From the NCBI RefSeq assembly GCF_009914755.1, contig NC_060938.1: DNA of 64,000 nucleotides. One strand, written 5' to 3'. Under the pieces are notes generated by a model. It ran no database searches and had not been told where the DNA came from. It saw only the letters and a list, made by a program, of their open reading frames with translations. Position numbers and translations under genes: made by a program. Position 1 is the first letter of the stretch; every line of letters begins with the position of its first letter. Origin of the DNA: the human T2T-CHM13v2.0 reference genome, Homo sapiens. Shown piece by piece: positions 12,670 through 27,815 of the stretch.

Positions 12670-13100
12670 TTAGTGCTTCCCATGGCTTTCTTTAGCCAAA
12701 TATCCAATTTCATTTCTTACAAATTTTACCTTACACAAAACACTAGCACATGAACACAATTCTGCCAAGCTCTTTGCCACTTTATAACAAGGATCATCTT
12801 TCCTCCCATTTCTAATAATATGTTCTTCATTTCCATCTGAGACCTCATCAGAATGGCCTTCGCTGTCCAAATTCCTACCAACATTCTGTTTGTCATTACT
12901 TAGGTATTCTCTAAGTTTGAGGCTTTCTCTCCAGCTCTCCTCGTTTCTTTCTGACCCCTCACCAGAATCGCTCTTCACATCCCTTTTTCTTGCATGCACT
13001 TCAAAACTCTTCCAACCTTTACCCATCATCCAGTTCCAAAACTACTTCCATATTTTTAGGAATTTATTACCACAGCACCCAACTTCTTGGTATCAATTTC
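12670..13100 (-). mobile_element. MaLR (MLT1A/MST-type) internal region with remnant ORF
   Basis: Directly abuts the LTR. The 119-aa ORF 12670-13029 (...GHSDEVSDGNEE...DPCYKVAKSLAELC...EIGYLA) is the characteristic MaLR internal translation. Confidence 0.8.
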
Positions 13101-13463
13101 TGTCTTTCAGTCCATTCAGACTGCTATAACAGAATACCATAGACTGGGTGGATTATAAACAACAGAAATTTATTTCTCAGAATTCTGAGGGTTGGGAAGT
13201 TAAAAATCAAGGCACCAGCAAATCCAGTGTCTGGTGAGGGCACTGTTCCTGGTTTGGAGAGAGCCACCTTCTTGTATCCTCAGTGGCAGAAAGGCCAAGG
13301 GAGCTCTTCTGGGGTTTTTTATAAGAGCATTAATCCCATTCATGAAGACTCCACTCTTACAACCTAATCACCATCCAAAGTTCCCACCACCAAATACTAT
13401 CACACTGGGGATTAGGTTTCAACATATAAATTTTGGGGAGACACAACTATTCAGTCTACAATA
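13101..13463 (-). mobile_element. MLT1A/MLT1A0 LTR
   Basis: 'tgtctttcagtccattcagactgctataacagaataccatagactggg...aattttggggagacacaactattcagtc'. Confidence 0.8.
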
Positions 13464-13976
13464 ATAACCAATGGTGACGAATCACCTATGTAGCAAAGCA
13501 ACAATGATGCTAAATGAAAGGGACAGAAAAATAAATGTAGGCAAAGATGATTTTTTTTAAGAAGTGATAGTAAAGCAAGCAGAACACAAGCTGTTGAGGA
13601 GCCAAGAAGTTCTAAATCCAAAAAACAGCTGAATTTCTCACACAAATCTCTGCAAAGTCTATGTCTGCAGGACAGGCTTGGCAGAAAAACTTCTCAAGAT
13701 CTATATACTCCAGCTAGGTGTGGTCTGCACCTTATTACCAAGAGAGCAAAAGTCAATATAAATGGAAGAAAAAAATAATATGAAGCTATTTCATCTTGAT
13801 TATAATTATATTCAATTAAATTCAATAAGCAATAAGTATCCACTAACCCCTTCAATACCTCAAGCAACATGCTATAAGTTGTGAAGGAGCACCAAGCATG
13901 AATAAGACAAGGTTTCTGCCTTCAAGAAATATATGATAAATAAATCACAGATTTGTTTTAAAAAATCGTTTTAGGC

Positions 13977-15100
13977 CCATAAGAACCCTAAAAGAAAACC
14001 TAGGAATACCATTCAGGGCATAGGCATGGGCAAGGACTTCATGTCTAAAACACCAAAAGCAATGGTAACAGAAGCCAAAATTGACAAATGGGATCTAATT
14101 AAACTAAAGAGCTTCTGCACAACAAAAGAAACTACCATCAGAGTGAACAGGCAACCTACAGAATGGGAGAAAATTTTTGCAATCTACTCATCTGACAAAG
14201 GGCTAATATCCAGAATCTACAAAGAACTTAAACAGATTTACAAGAAAAAAACAACCCCATCAAAAAGTGGGCGAAGGATATGAACAGACACTTCTCAAAA
14301 GAAGACATTTATGCAGCCAACAGACACATGAAAAAATGCTCATCATCACTGGCCATTAGAGAAATGCAAATCAAAACCACAATGAGATACCATCTCACAC
14401 CAGTTAGAATGGCGATCATTAAAAAGTCAGGAAACAACAGGTGCTGGAGAGGATGTGGAGAAATAGGAACACTTTTACACCATTGGTGGGACTGTAAACT
14501 AGTTCAACCATTGTGGAAGACAGTGTGGTGATTCCTCAAGGATCTAGAACTAGAAATACCATTTGACCCAGCCATCCCATTACTGGGTATATGCCCAAAG
14601 GATTATAAATCATGCTGCTATAAAGACACATGCACACGTATGTTTATTGCGGCACTATTCACAATAGCAAAGACTTGGAACTAACCCAAATGTCCATCAA
14701 TGATAGACTGGATTAAGAAAATGTGGCACATATACACCATGGAATACTATGCAACCATAAAAAAGGATGAGTTCGTGTCCTTTGTAGGGACATGGATGAA
14801 GCTAGAAACCATCATTCTCAGCAAACTATCACAAGGACAAAAAAACAAACACTGCATGTTCTCACTCATAGGTGGGAATTGAACAATGAGAACACTCGGA
14901 CACAGGAAGGGGAACATCACACACTGGGACCTGTTGTGGGGTTGGGGGAGGGGGGAGGGATAGCATTAGGAGATATACCTAATGTAAATGACGAGTTAAT
15001 AGGTGCAACACACCAACATGGCACATGTATACATATGTAACAAACCTGCATGTTGTACACATGTACCCTAGAACTTAAAATAAAATAAAAAATAATAATA
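13977..15100 (+). mobile_element. 5'-truncated L1PA (L1PA5-like): ORF2 C-terminus, 3' UTR and poly(A)
   Basis: ORF2 peptides ([13 protein letters not shown]..., [11 protein letters not shown]...) and primate L1 3' UTR. 17-bp TSD AAAAAAT(C/T)GTTTTAGGC at 13960-13976 and 15101-15117. Confidence 0.93.
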
Positions 15101-16906
15101 AAAAAATTGTTTTAGGCAAATCAGTTTCCTCAATCAACTTTTGGTGAATTTAATTTGGCTAAATGGCTTTGGGGAATTGATCTTCAGAAAATCAATCTGC
15201 TGCCATGTGAACAACTAACTTTAGGATATCATAATGGTATAAAAGGAATAAAAAGGAATACAAATAAGCTTCTTTTGGTGATGAGAGAAAAGAATTTCTA
15301 CAGGAACACTTGAATGAGTCTTGAGGAATGAGTAGGAGTTTAATAGTCATAGAAAGGAAGGTAATAGCACGACACAGAAGTGGCAAAGTGCCAGGCCTGT
15401 TTTGTGACAGCAAATTCCAAAGTTCAAGCAGATAGAGACCCTACCCGTGCTCCCTCAGAGGGTCTAAAAAGTATTCTAGTTCCTGCTGTCATTCCAAAAA
15501 TGACTGTTCTAGTCAGTCAGAAACAAGCACAAGAACAAGGCCTACCAAATGAAACCAGCCATCTTTTCAGTGTTCCCATCAGTCCCGCTGTTTGCCGTCC
15601 CATCTGCCCTCCTAGTCCTCTCTACCTGCCCCCACCCAAAACTAAGCCAGGAGAATACAACTGGCAGCTGCAGGCACTTGAGAATGTTCCTCAGACCAGC
15701 AATCCTTGCCCAGGCCAATACAAAGGCAATCAAAGAGCAAGGCCTGGAAGTGCCCTCATTTCCCCAGCTGAGGAAAGCCCGCCAGGATCCAAGTCTGGGA
15801 TTCCTCTTTCCAGTTTCTTGTTCCAGTCATAAAACAACACTCTCTTAAAGGGAACATGCCTTAAAAAATTAAAAAAATTAAAAATAAAAAAACAATCCAT
15901 CCTCAAAATTATTCAAATAAAGTTAGCTACAAGTTTGCCCTCTCTTGCCTTTTATCGGAGGAGAGTACACCGCAACCAAATTCCCTGGCCAGATGGCTAA
16001 GGTTTCTGAACATCCGGGCAGTTTATCATGTCACTCAAGTGTATCATTTTTTTCTAAATACTTTTTTTCTCTTTCTCTGTTTGTTTCTGCATTGGAGCCT
16101 CCACCCATGAAATTGAAAGATTTATAGTAGAAATTCCTTTGTTGCATCAGCTTTGGAAATATGGATTACAGTATTCTCTGAAAAACATTTATTACCCTGA
16201 ACTGTGACTCAGACGTTGTTGCATTTCTGGGGTTATAGATTTTCTTTCAGCTAAACTAAGGCTCTAAGTCACAGTGACAGTTGTAATGTGTGTAATACCA
16301 CAGTACCAGATTCTATTACACACATATTTTTGCTAGAGGTTTACGATGTTAAAAAATTTCTTCTCTTTTCCAATACCTTTCTGTACCTGTTGTGTAAATA
16401 TATTAGAACCTATAACACCAAAGTCAATTTTCAGATGAAATGTGCACAACAATGGTAGTTTGTCCTTTAAAGAAAAAAAGGGGAGGGGGAGAATGTTGCA
16501 TCCAAGCTAATGATATTCAAGCACAATATTGAATTGTAATAAAAGATGAATGAGAGAAAGTGTGTGTCATTGTGAGGGATGGAGAAGGTTACAGAAAGCC
16601 GAGGCCAGAAAAGGATTTATCATGGATGTTGCTGCAGGCATTGTGTTGAAAAATCTGCAGGCTTATTAGCAAGTGTATTTAATGGGAAAACAGACCAGTC
16701 CCCTAAGGAAAGAATTTCTAAAGATTATCTTTTATATAAGATTAAGATAAAACTTGAAAAAGATGTGAGAGAAATCTCAACTAATTCTCAAGGGGGTGAA
16801 ACTTCAAATTCATCAATGGGTCCTGTCAATTCCATAAGGAAGAGGTCTTTGTTAAAGTATTGGTGCTGTAATTTTTCAAGGTAGGTAAGAAAAGGAACAA
16901 ATAAAA

Positions 16907-17007
16907 GAACCCGGGAAGCGGAGCTTGCAGTGAGCTGAGATCGCCCCACTGCACTCCAGCCTGGGCGACAGAGTGAGACTCCGTCTCAAAAAAAAAAAAA
17001 AAAAAAA
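16907..17007 (+). mobile_element. Severely 5'-truncated AluY
   Basis: Y-type 'ggagcttgcagtgag', pure poly(A) tail, TSD AAAAGAAC at 16903-16910 and 17008-17015. Confidence 0.88.
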
Positions 17008-17929
17008 AAAAGAACGAAGTGGACTTAATTAGCACACCCACCTGCAAAGCCTTAATCCACTAGAGAGTCATGCCAACAAATCCTTCTACTTTTCTTTAGA
17101 ATCTGAATTTTATCTAACATTCAAAATAGTTCTCCTAGGTCTTTAACTATATTGCTGTCTGTCTCCTAAAAGAATCCAATGTGACTAACACTTTTATGGG
17201 AGGGAAAATCTGATTGCAGTTGACCAAATCATCTGAAGCAGAGAGAGTGGAAAGATACTGAGAGCAGAAATATTTTAAAATTCCTCCTTTACACTAAATT
17301 TTAACTTCTTACGCTTTCAATCTTCTGCTTAATCAATAACAAAAAGAATAATTAACTGAATTTCATTTTCCCTTCCATAGCTTCTACATTCATATGACAA
17401 TGGTAAACAATAAAACAATCTAAAGGAGACAGAATGAGAAGAAAAACTGGGAGATAGCTCAACCCGGTCAATCAGCTCCATATTCCTCAATGGGAGATGA
17501 TGTTCACCTCAAAGTTTGTTCTCAGTGGCAGAAAGTGCAATTGTGATTTTGTCCAATTTCAGTTTATTCATTAATTACTGAAAGAAAACCTTGAGACTAT
17601 CTGGCTTTGGGGCCTTTTAGTGGTGTTTGCTTTTTGTTTGGTTTGTGGGAGGAATCTATTATCTTGCTGTGTCTTGTTTAAAATGTAAATTTACAATGCT
17701 GTAAAAATAAAAATATTAAAATTCCTGTCAGTAATAAGTATGTACTACCATAAAAATATTTATACCCTTTGATCTAATGATTCTACTTGTGTGAATCTCA
17801 CCAAAGAAAATTACCTAAAATGCAAAACAACTTAAGCTCAAATATTTTATGTGAAAGATTATTTCCAATACAAAAGGAGGAACTGCTCTTTTAATAATTT
17901 ACCTTCTTATCTTTTCAATAATTTGTTTA

Positions 17930-18340
17930 GGTGGCAATGGCCCAATCTCAGATGTAAATCATGGCAATGATTAGTCCAGGAATGGGCATGAGACCCAGTT
18001 CTGGCCAAGGAGATATAAGAGAAAGCCTCCCTTGGAAGGATCCCCAGCAGTAGAACTAACTAAATCAAAGGGTGTAAGTATTTGTAAGACTCTCAGTATT
18101 TTACAAAGTTTTCCTCTCCTGCCTCCCACTCCCTAAAAAGCACATTTTTTAAAAGTCCCTTTTCTACCTGTCCCCTTGCTTCCTGTTTAAGACTCAACTA
18201 ATACAGACCCAAAGCTTGGAACTGTGGCAGTCATCTTGAAACTAATATAAAAAACTCCCAATGAGTCACAGAGATGTCAACCTATCACCCTGATCAACCC
18301 TGGAAATACTTACTTCCATATTGTAGGGAAAGGCATTCTA
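17930..18340 (+). mobile_element. Old MLT1 (K/L-like) LTR fragments
   Basis: 'ggaatgggcatgagacccagttctggccaa' and 'gcttggaactgtggcagtcatcttg'. Boundaries uncertain. Confidence 0.45.
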
Positions 18341-18375
18341 ACTTAAATGCCTCTCTGTACTAACCCTAACCCTTC

Positions 18376-18907
18376 TAGAGAAATATATGTGTGTGTGTAT
18401 ATATATATATATATATTATATATATTTCTCTAAGTGTGTATATAGATACACATTTAGAAATATATATACACATATATATTCCTAAATGTGTATCTATATA
18501 CACACTTATATATGTATATAGATACACATTTAGAGAATATATAATACATGTATACATATATACATATACATAGATACATATATGTATCTATGTATACATT
18601 TAGAGATAGAGAAATATATATATTTATATATTATATATAAATACCTTATATTATCTAGAGAAATATATATTATACATTTATATATTTAATATATAAATAC
18701 ATATTTTATATAAATATATAAAAATGAAATATATAATATTTATATATTATATATAAATACCTTATGATCTCATTATCTAGAGAAATATATTTATATATTA
18801 TATATACATATATTATATATTATATAATTATATTTAATATAATTATATAATTTATATATATAATATATAAATATATTTCTCTAGATAATGAGATCATAAG
18901 GTATTTA
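18376..18907. repeat. AT-rich low-complexity tract containing several palindromes
   Basis: (TA)n/(TATACA)n sequence with inverted repeats at 18431-18508, 18565-18596 and 18754-18907. Confidence 0.9.
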
Positions 18908-18960
18908 CCTACCCATTTTTGTATTTTTATATATTTTTCAAATTGTATACAGTCAGCATA

Positions 18961-19331
18961 TGATATGGTTTGGCTCTGTGTCCCCACCCAAATCTCATCT
19001 CGAATTGTAATCCCCATGTGTCGAGGGAGGGAACTGTAGTCCCTACACATGGAGGGAGGGAGGTGATTGGATCATGGGGGTGGTTTCCCCCATGCTGTAC
19101 TCGTGATAGTGAGTTCTCACAAGATCTGATGGTTTTATAAGTATTTGGAAGCTCCTCTCTCCTGTTGCCTTGTGAAGAGGGTGCTTGCTTCCCCTTCACC
19201 TTCCACCATGATTATAAGTTTCCTGAGGCCTCTCCAGCCACGTGGAACTGTGAGTCAATTAAACCTCTTTCTTTAAAAATTACCCAGTCTCAGGTAGTAT
19301 ATTTATAACAGTGTGAAAACAAACTAATAGA
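18961..19331 (+). mobile_element. THE1D-like solo LTR
   Basis: TGATATGGTTTGGCTCTGTGTCCCCACCC start and ...ACTAATAGA end. 5-bp TSD GCATA at 18956-18960 and 19332-19336. Confidence 0.9.
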
Positions 19332-19390
19332 GCATACATTGCTTTTATTATCAGAAGCAACAATCTACTAAAAAAAAAAAAAAAAAGACC

Positions 19391-19687
<297 letters not shown>

Positions 19688-20309
19688 GCCAGAAAAGGCT
19701 CCTGTAAATTCAGAGAATTAAACTGAGAGATTATATACCAGTTCAAAAATAAAACCCAGGGTTAATATGGCCAAGTATCATTTTCTAGCCTAGGGGCCAT
19801 GAATATTGATCACCTCCAAGGACCTCACTGATCTAGCCAGAGAAGGAAAAATTGTTGAATTAAGTGCAATTTCTGATAACTGGATTATCTATCCTCACCA
19901 GTAACAGAAGAATTATGACTTTTTCTTTTAAAAAAAATAAATTATTTTTACAAACGTAGCTCTTGCTCATAGTAAGAAAAAAATCTAGCAAAACAGAATA
20001 GTTTACAGAAGAAAATGTTTCCTATCACACCAGTCCATCCAAGTAACCACTGTTAATAGATCTGTGTGCATTTTCCAAAACATTCTACTAAGGCATATAC
20101 AAACTTTTTAAAATAGACATGAGCTCTTGCTATGTAAACTCTTACACAGGTTTCCTTCCCACCACCCCCATCCTTGGCATCGTATTGTGGACATTTTTCT
20201 ATGTCTATATATAAGTTTACCTCATTCTTTGTAATGGCAGCATGGTGTTCTAGTGAACAGATATACCACAATTTATTTAATGGACATTACAATTATTTAG
20301 AATTTTTCT

Positions 20310-20604
<295 letters not shown>

Positions 20605-21799
20605 GAATTTTCCTCTATTACTGAGTTTGAAGGGGTCATCAATAATACCCTCCATTTTCCTATTGGATTTCAGAACAAACTGAAAGATGAAGACATGGGA
20701 TTCAGACACATAAAAATTAAGTATCACTTTCATTACTGGTTAAGGTGATTTGGGAGAATATAGTTTAGGTGTGAAAGCCAAATGAGATTGCTAAGAAGAT
20801 GCCCACCACCACCACAATTTAACTTAGACTCCAAAACTGCAGGCTTCCTCACAAGGACAGAGCTCACCCTACAAACAAGAGCAAATGAAACCACTACCTC
20901 TGAAGGCAGGTGGATCCAACCAAAGGAAGAGGAATAAAGGAACTAAACATGAGGGGATGGGGTAAAAGGCCAGGAATGTTAGCCTGGTGGAGTTCCCTCC
21001 ACATGGAAACACGAAGTCAGGAGAAAGAAGGCCTCTGCCCTCACCATCCCAAACTATTACAATTACAGCAAATATCTTTGTGCAAATAAATTTGTGCTGT
21101 TTTTCAAGTTTTGCTGTAGGACAAATTCCTAGACTGCTGGATCAAAGGATAGATCTATTTAAAATATAGAAACATATTCCAAGATACCCTCCAAAAATGT
21201 AGTATCAATTTATAGTCCCACCAAGGGCATTTTAGTCTCTCCTAGTCAACTACCCTCATGTTTTAATATCTATTATCAGCGTATCATCCAATAGATTAAA
21301 ATTGACATGTCTTTGACTACCAATGAAGTTGAACACTTTTTCATAAATGTATTAGGTACTTATATTTCTTCTTCTGTGGCTGGCTACTCAGGAACATACA
21401 CTTGTTTTTCTAGCAATGATAGTCCATTAGTTTGCATCTTCCACCCTCTCTCACTCAGTCCTCTGCAACCAACCATACAGATTTGTGAGATGTTCAGATG
21501 GAGTTAGAGGTGGCATTTCTGAGAATGAATTCAAGTTTTCCTCTGGAAAAATAGGCCAGGCAAACCTGTTCCTTTGCTTTTTCTAACACTATGCTTGCGA
21601 AATTATTTAACCAGTCTGACACAACTATAATAATAAAACACCAAAATATCACTGAAAGCCAAGAGGTCAAATTTGAGATCTAGCTCTGCCATTTAATAAT
21701 CTGGGTCACCTGAGGGCAACCCACTAAATCTCTCTAAGCTTCAGTAGTTTTTATCAAATGACAGTAGAAGGAGATGAACCAGATCAGTAGTTATCAAGA

Positions 21800-23228
<1,429 letters not shown>

Positions 23229-23512
23229 TTAAGATTTCTTTTTAGCAAAAGAACCCTTGTGTGAGTACAAAATGTAAAGGAGAAAAAATCAGCACAATTC
23301 TCTTGAAAGTCAAGGTGGGAGACCCCAACCCCCAAGCTCAATGGCCTCCAGCTGGTCCCCTGCAGTGCCCCCTTCACATACTCCCCATGGAATTTTTAGG
23401 ACACAACTGGGCTCAGCTTAAAAACCACTGGGCTTAGAAGAACTGTAAAGTATCTCCCAGCACTACTCTAGTTAGGATTTAAATGAATAGAAATTCTGAA
23501 TCACTCTAGTAT

Positions 23513-23830
23513 ACAGTCCCTCGGAATCTATGGAGGATTGGTTCCAGGAACCACCTTGGGTACCAAAATCTGCAGATGTTTGAGTTATTTCCATAAAGTG
23601 GTGTCATATTTGAGCACAAGCTATGCACATCTTCCTGTATACTTTAAATCATCTGTAGATTACCTATTATGCCTAATACAATGTAAATGCTATATAAATT
23701 AATGTTACACTGACTTATCTGTATTATTTTTTATTGTTGTATTGTAGTTTTCTTGGATTTTTTTCCAAATATTTTCTATCTGCAGTTGGTTGAATCTGTG
23801 GACTCAGACATGGTGCGAAGGCTGATTGTA
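23513..23830 (+). mobile_element. MER2 (Tigger-derived MITE)
   Basis: 'ggattggttccagga...tgtatactttaaatcatct...tgcagttggttgaatctgtgga', TA-flanked. Confidence 0.75.
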
Positions 23831-23857
23831 TAAGCAAGTACTTCTCTATTTCCCTCA

Positions 23858-24223
23858 TGATATGGTCTGGCTGTGTCCCCACCCAAATCTCATCTGGAAT
23901 TGTAGTTCCCATAATCCCCACATGTCATGGGAGGGACCTGGTGGGAGGTAATTTAATCATGGAGGCAGTTGCCCTCATGCTGTTCTCATGATAGTGAATG
24001 CATTCTCACGAGATCTGATGGTTTTACCAGGGGCTTTTCCCCCTTTTGCTCAGTAATTCTTGCTGCCACCATGTGAAGAAGGATGCATTTGCTTTCCCTA
24101 CCACCATGATTGTAAGTTTCCTGAGGCCTCTCTAGCCATGCTGAACTGAGTCAAACCTTTTTCCTTCATAAATTACCCAGTCTCTGGCAGTTCTTTATAG
24201 CAGCGTGAGAATGGACTAATACA
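23858..24223 (+). mobile_element. THE1 (C-like) solo LTR
   Basis: TGATATGG...GACTAATACA; 5-bp TSD CCTCA at 23853-23857 and 24224-24228. Confidence 0.9.
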
Positions 24224-24567
24224 CCTCACTTGGGTGTGCTTCTAACCTTGAAGATAAGTTAGTAAAAACTGACACAAATAGCATTGTAACAGAATGATCC
24301 TCGGTCAAAATGGACTCTAGGACTTCTTGAACTCTCAAAATATTCAGATTTGGGTTCTGAGATTTGGGGATATGTCCAATATCAAATTTTTGTAAGATTC
24401 CTTTGTTGGTACCATAAGATCCAGCCTTGCCCTGTAGGTAAGAGTGGGGTTTCCCCTTGATGGGATTGGTTATTTACATTGTTAATTGGCCTGAGGTGAC
24501 ATCAACCCAACAGTAAAACTGAGGAGTTTGGGAAGAAGTCTTAAATCAGGTGAGGAAAAAGTATCCC

Positions 24568-24630
24568 CAGGACTTGCTTCATAATGTGTGGGGTCCAGGG
24601 CAAAATGAAAACACAGGGCCCCTTGTTCTT
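24568..24630. mobile_element. MER45-like hAT fragment
   Basis: 'gcttcataat...ggggtccagggcaaaatgaaaa...gggccccttgttc' matches the recalled MER45 terminus. Confidence 0.45.
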
Positions 24631-24915
24631 ATCTCAAATGTCTTATCAGCATATTTATCCCAAACAAGCAAACTGTGCATTACACAAAAGGAATTCTGAT
24701 GAATTCAAGTATCTTCTTACAGGAAAACAGAGATTGTTCTTTAGGGAGGGTTAGGATTATGCATACTCCCTTGGTTTTATACAAAGTGTCCTACCTATCT
24801 TTATGGAGATGCATTAAGCCTGTGGCCAAGCAAAGTTATGCCCACAATCAGGCCTCAAGAAAAATCATCCAGGCACATAGGAAATTAGAATCACTGCATT
24901 TGCAAGATTAGGTTG

Positions 24916-25492
24916 TGCCATGGTTAATTTTAGGTGTCAACTTGACTGGATTAAGGGGTATCCACATAGTAAAGCATTATTTCTGGGTATGTATGCCAGA
25001 GTGTTTCCAAACCAGACTGTCATCTGAATCAGTGGACTAATGAAGCTCTGCACTCACCCAGTGTGGGCAGGTACCATCCAATCTCCCAAAAGCCCAGATA
25101 GAACAAAATGGCACAGAAAAGGCAAATTCACTCTCTCTCTTCTGGGGCTGGGACACCCTTCTTAAGCTCTTGCCCATCAGAACTCCAGGCTCTATAGCCT
25201 TTGGACTTGGACTCTGAGACTTGCACCAGCAGCTCCCCAATTTCTCAGGCCTTTGGCCTAGGACTGAGAGTTACACCATTGGCTTCCCCAGTTCCAGAGC
25301 CTTCAACTTGATCTAAGCCATGCTACCAGCTTCCCTGATCCTCCAGCTTGTAAATGGCCTGTGGTGGGATTTCTCAGTCTTCATAATCAAGGCTGAGGGC
25401 CAACTCCCCTAATAAATCCCTTCTCATATATTTATATATCTAGATATAGATATACCATTGGTTTTTCTCTCTAGAGAACCCTGATTAACACA
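24916..25492 (+). mobile_element. MLT2B-like ERVL solo LTR
   Basis: 'atggttaattttaggtgtcaacttgactggattaagg'...'gagaaccctgattaacaca'; probable TSD GGTTG/GCTTG. Confidence 0.85.
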
Positions 25493-25997
25493 GCTTGTAT
25501 CTTTGCTTTGAGGTCTTAATAAGTAATGGGAGAAAGGTGGTATAAGCAAAAGGAACTTTCTGTAGTGTAGGCCCAGTTTGTATTGTAGAGGGGTTGTCTT
25601 TGTAGACAAGAGTATCCTTTAAAAGAATTTGCTCGCCCTAAAATATTTCTTTCACGTAGTCACTCTTGCCTAAACATTGCCAAGGGCTCCCCAATGCCTG
25701 CTGGATAAAGGCCAGCATTCAGGCCCTCTATCATTTGACCCAACTTTATCTCTAACCACTCCCCAGAAGGACCCTCTGCTTCTGCCCATCAGAGTGAGCA
25801 CCACTTTTCCACCTCCCTGTCCTGGTCCACTGCCTAAAAGCCTTCCTCACTATCTCTGCTTACCGAAGTCCCACTCATCTGCTAGAGTTACATGTGTTTA
25901 TTTTATTTGGCTTTCTCTTTTCTTTTATCCTTGTCTGTTATGAATATATATTACCTATATTACTTTTTAAATTATTTTTAATTTTTTAAAAATATTA

Positions 25998-26333
<336 letters not shown>

Positions 26334-26510
26334 TTACTTCCACCATAATTATCCCAGATGAGAGAAATGTTAATAATAATAGCTAACATTTATTGCACAC
26401 ATACTAGAAGCCCACCACTGTGCTCAGTTTACATATAAATATACTACCTCATTTACTCTTCACAGCCAACCTATGAGTTCCCAAGCTACAGATTAGAAAA
26501 CTGAGGGTCA

Positions 26511-26799
26511 GGCTGGCCACGGTGGCTCACGCCTGTAATCCCAGCACTTTGGGAGGCCAAGGCAGGCAGATGACGAGGTCAGGAGTTTGAGATCAGCCTG
26601 ATCAACATGGTGAAACCCCGTCTCTACTAAAAATACAAAAATTAGCTGGGCATGTTGGCATGTGCCTGTAGTCCCAGCTACTCAGAAGGCTGAGGCAGGA
26701 GAATTGCTTGAACCCAGGAGGCGGAGGTTGAGGTGAGCCGAGATCTCACCACTGCACTTCAGCCTGGGTGACAGAGCGAGACTCCGATTTAAAAAAAAA
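26511..26799 (+). mobile_element. AluSg/Sc-like inserted in an antisense MIR (~26370-26890)
   Basis: 'gatgacgaggtcagg' 2-bp deletion type; TSD GAAAA(C/A)TGAGGGTC. Confidence 0.9.
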
Positions 26800-27815
26800 T
26801 GAAAAATGAGGGTCTGTGAGGTTGTTATATAACTTACACAGGTTTCACTGCTGGCAAGTGTCAGAGCTAAGGTGTGAACCCAGCTCACTGCCTCACTATC
26901 CCCCTCACCCCCTACACCCAGTTGCTGCCGTTAACAACCACTTTCCTTGAGTTGGTCCATAAGGCAATAGCCATGAGCTGCCTCATCTTGTAGATAATTG
27001 TGTATTTACCCATTTCTTCTTCTATACTATGACTTCTTTGAAAGCATTTTGGGGTTTTACAGAATGTCTAGCACAGAATTATACATATAATATATTTATT
27101 GAATTTTTCAGATAAGAAAACTTAAGGCAAAGACTAAGCAAGTTGCCAAGCTGGAATTAGAAACCAACAAATCCTAGTTCAGCCCTGCATGCTATCTTTC
27201 CACCACACACATTGTCAATTCTAAATACATATTATTGAATGAATTTATTTCTGGGGCCTTCTTTACTGGATCCCTTTCAAGCCACACAATTTGGTCATAA
27301 TTGCAAACCAATCTGAATATTAATAATAATTGGAAACATAAATTAAAATTTGATAACTCAGTTTTCCAAGTAAGTTGAGTTGGCTAGATAAGAGTTAATG
27401 CCTAATATGATAGAGTTTTCTGCCAATGTTCATTTTATTAATGCAAAACAATTTTAAAGCATTGTAAAAATAGCGGCACTATTAGTAGTAGTAAGAGTTG
27501 TATGAAAGATTTGCTTAATTAAATTGAGTATCAGATTTTTATTAGAATACATGTTTAAAGTTGATCATCAAATAATACCTAAATTTGAAGTCGTTTTTAC
27601 ATTATATTTATTTAATGACATATTACTGAAAAGTTGTATTTTTTAAAGTTATGCACACCCAGAATAAAAATGCTTAATAGAATAATTCTGTCACAGAAAC
27701 TATGGTTTAACCTCCTTTAACAGAAGCAGCTGGAAACCCTGACCCTAAACTGTGAGCCCCCTACCAAATCTTAGGCATAAATTTGACAACGAAAGTTATC
27801 AAATCTTCTAACAAA

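Noticed and set aside
15380-15832. 150-aa ORF in non-repeat sequence
   Set aside because: Starts at GTG, no recognisable homology and no clear splice sites; consistent with chance.
16579-16890. 101-aa ATG ORF ending at a donor-like AAG|GTAGGTAAGA
   Set aside because: No protein similarity I can recognise and no supported downstream exon.
18360-18373. CTAACCCTAACCCT telomere-like repeat beside the palindromes
   Set aside because: Only about two units; expected by chance.
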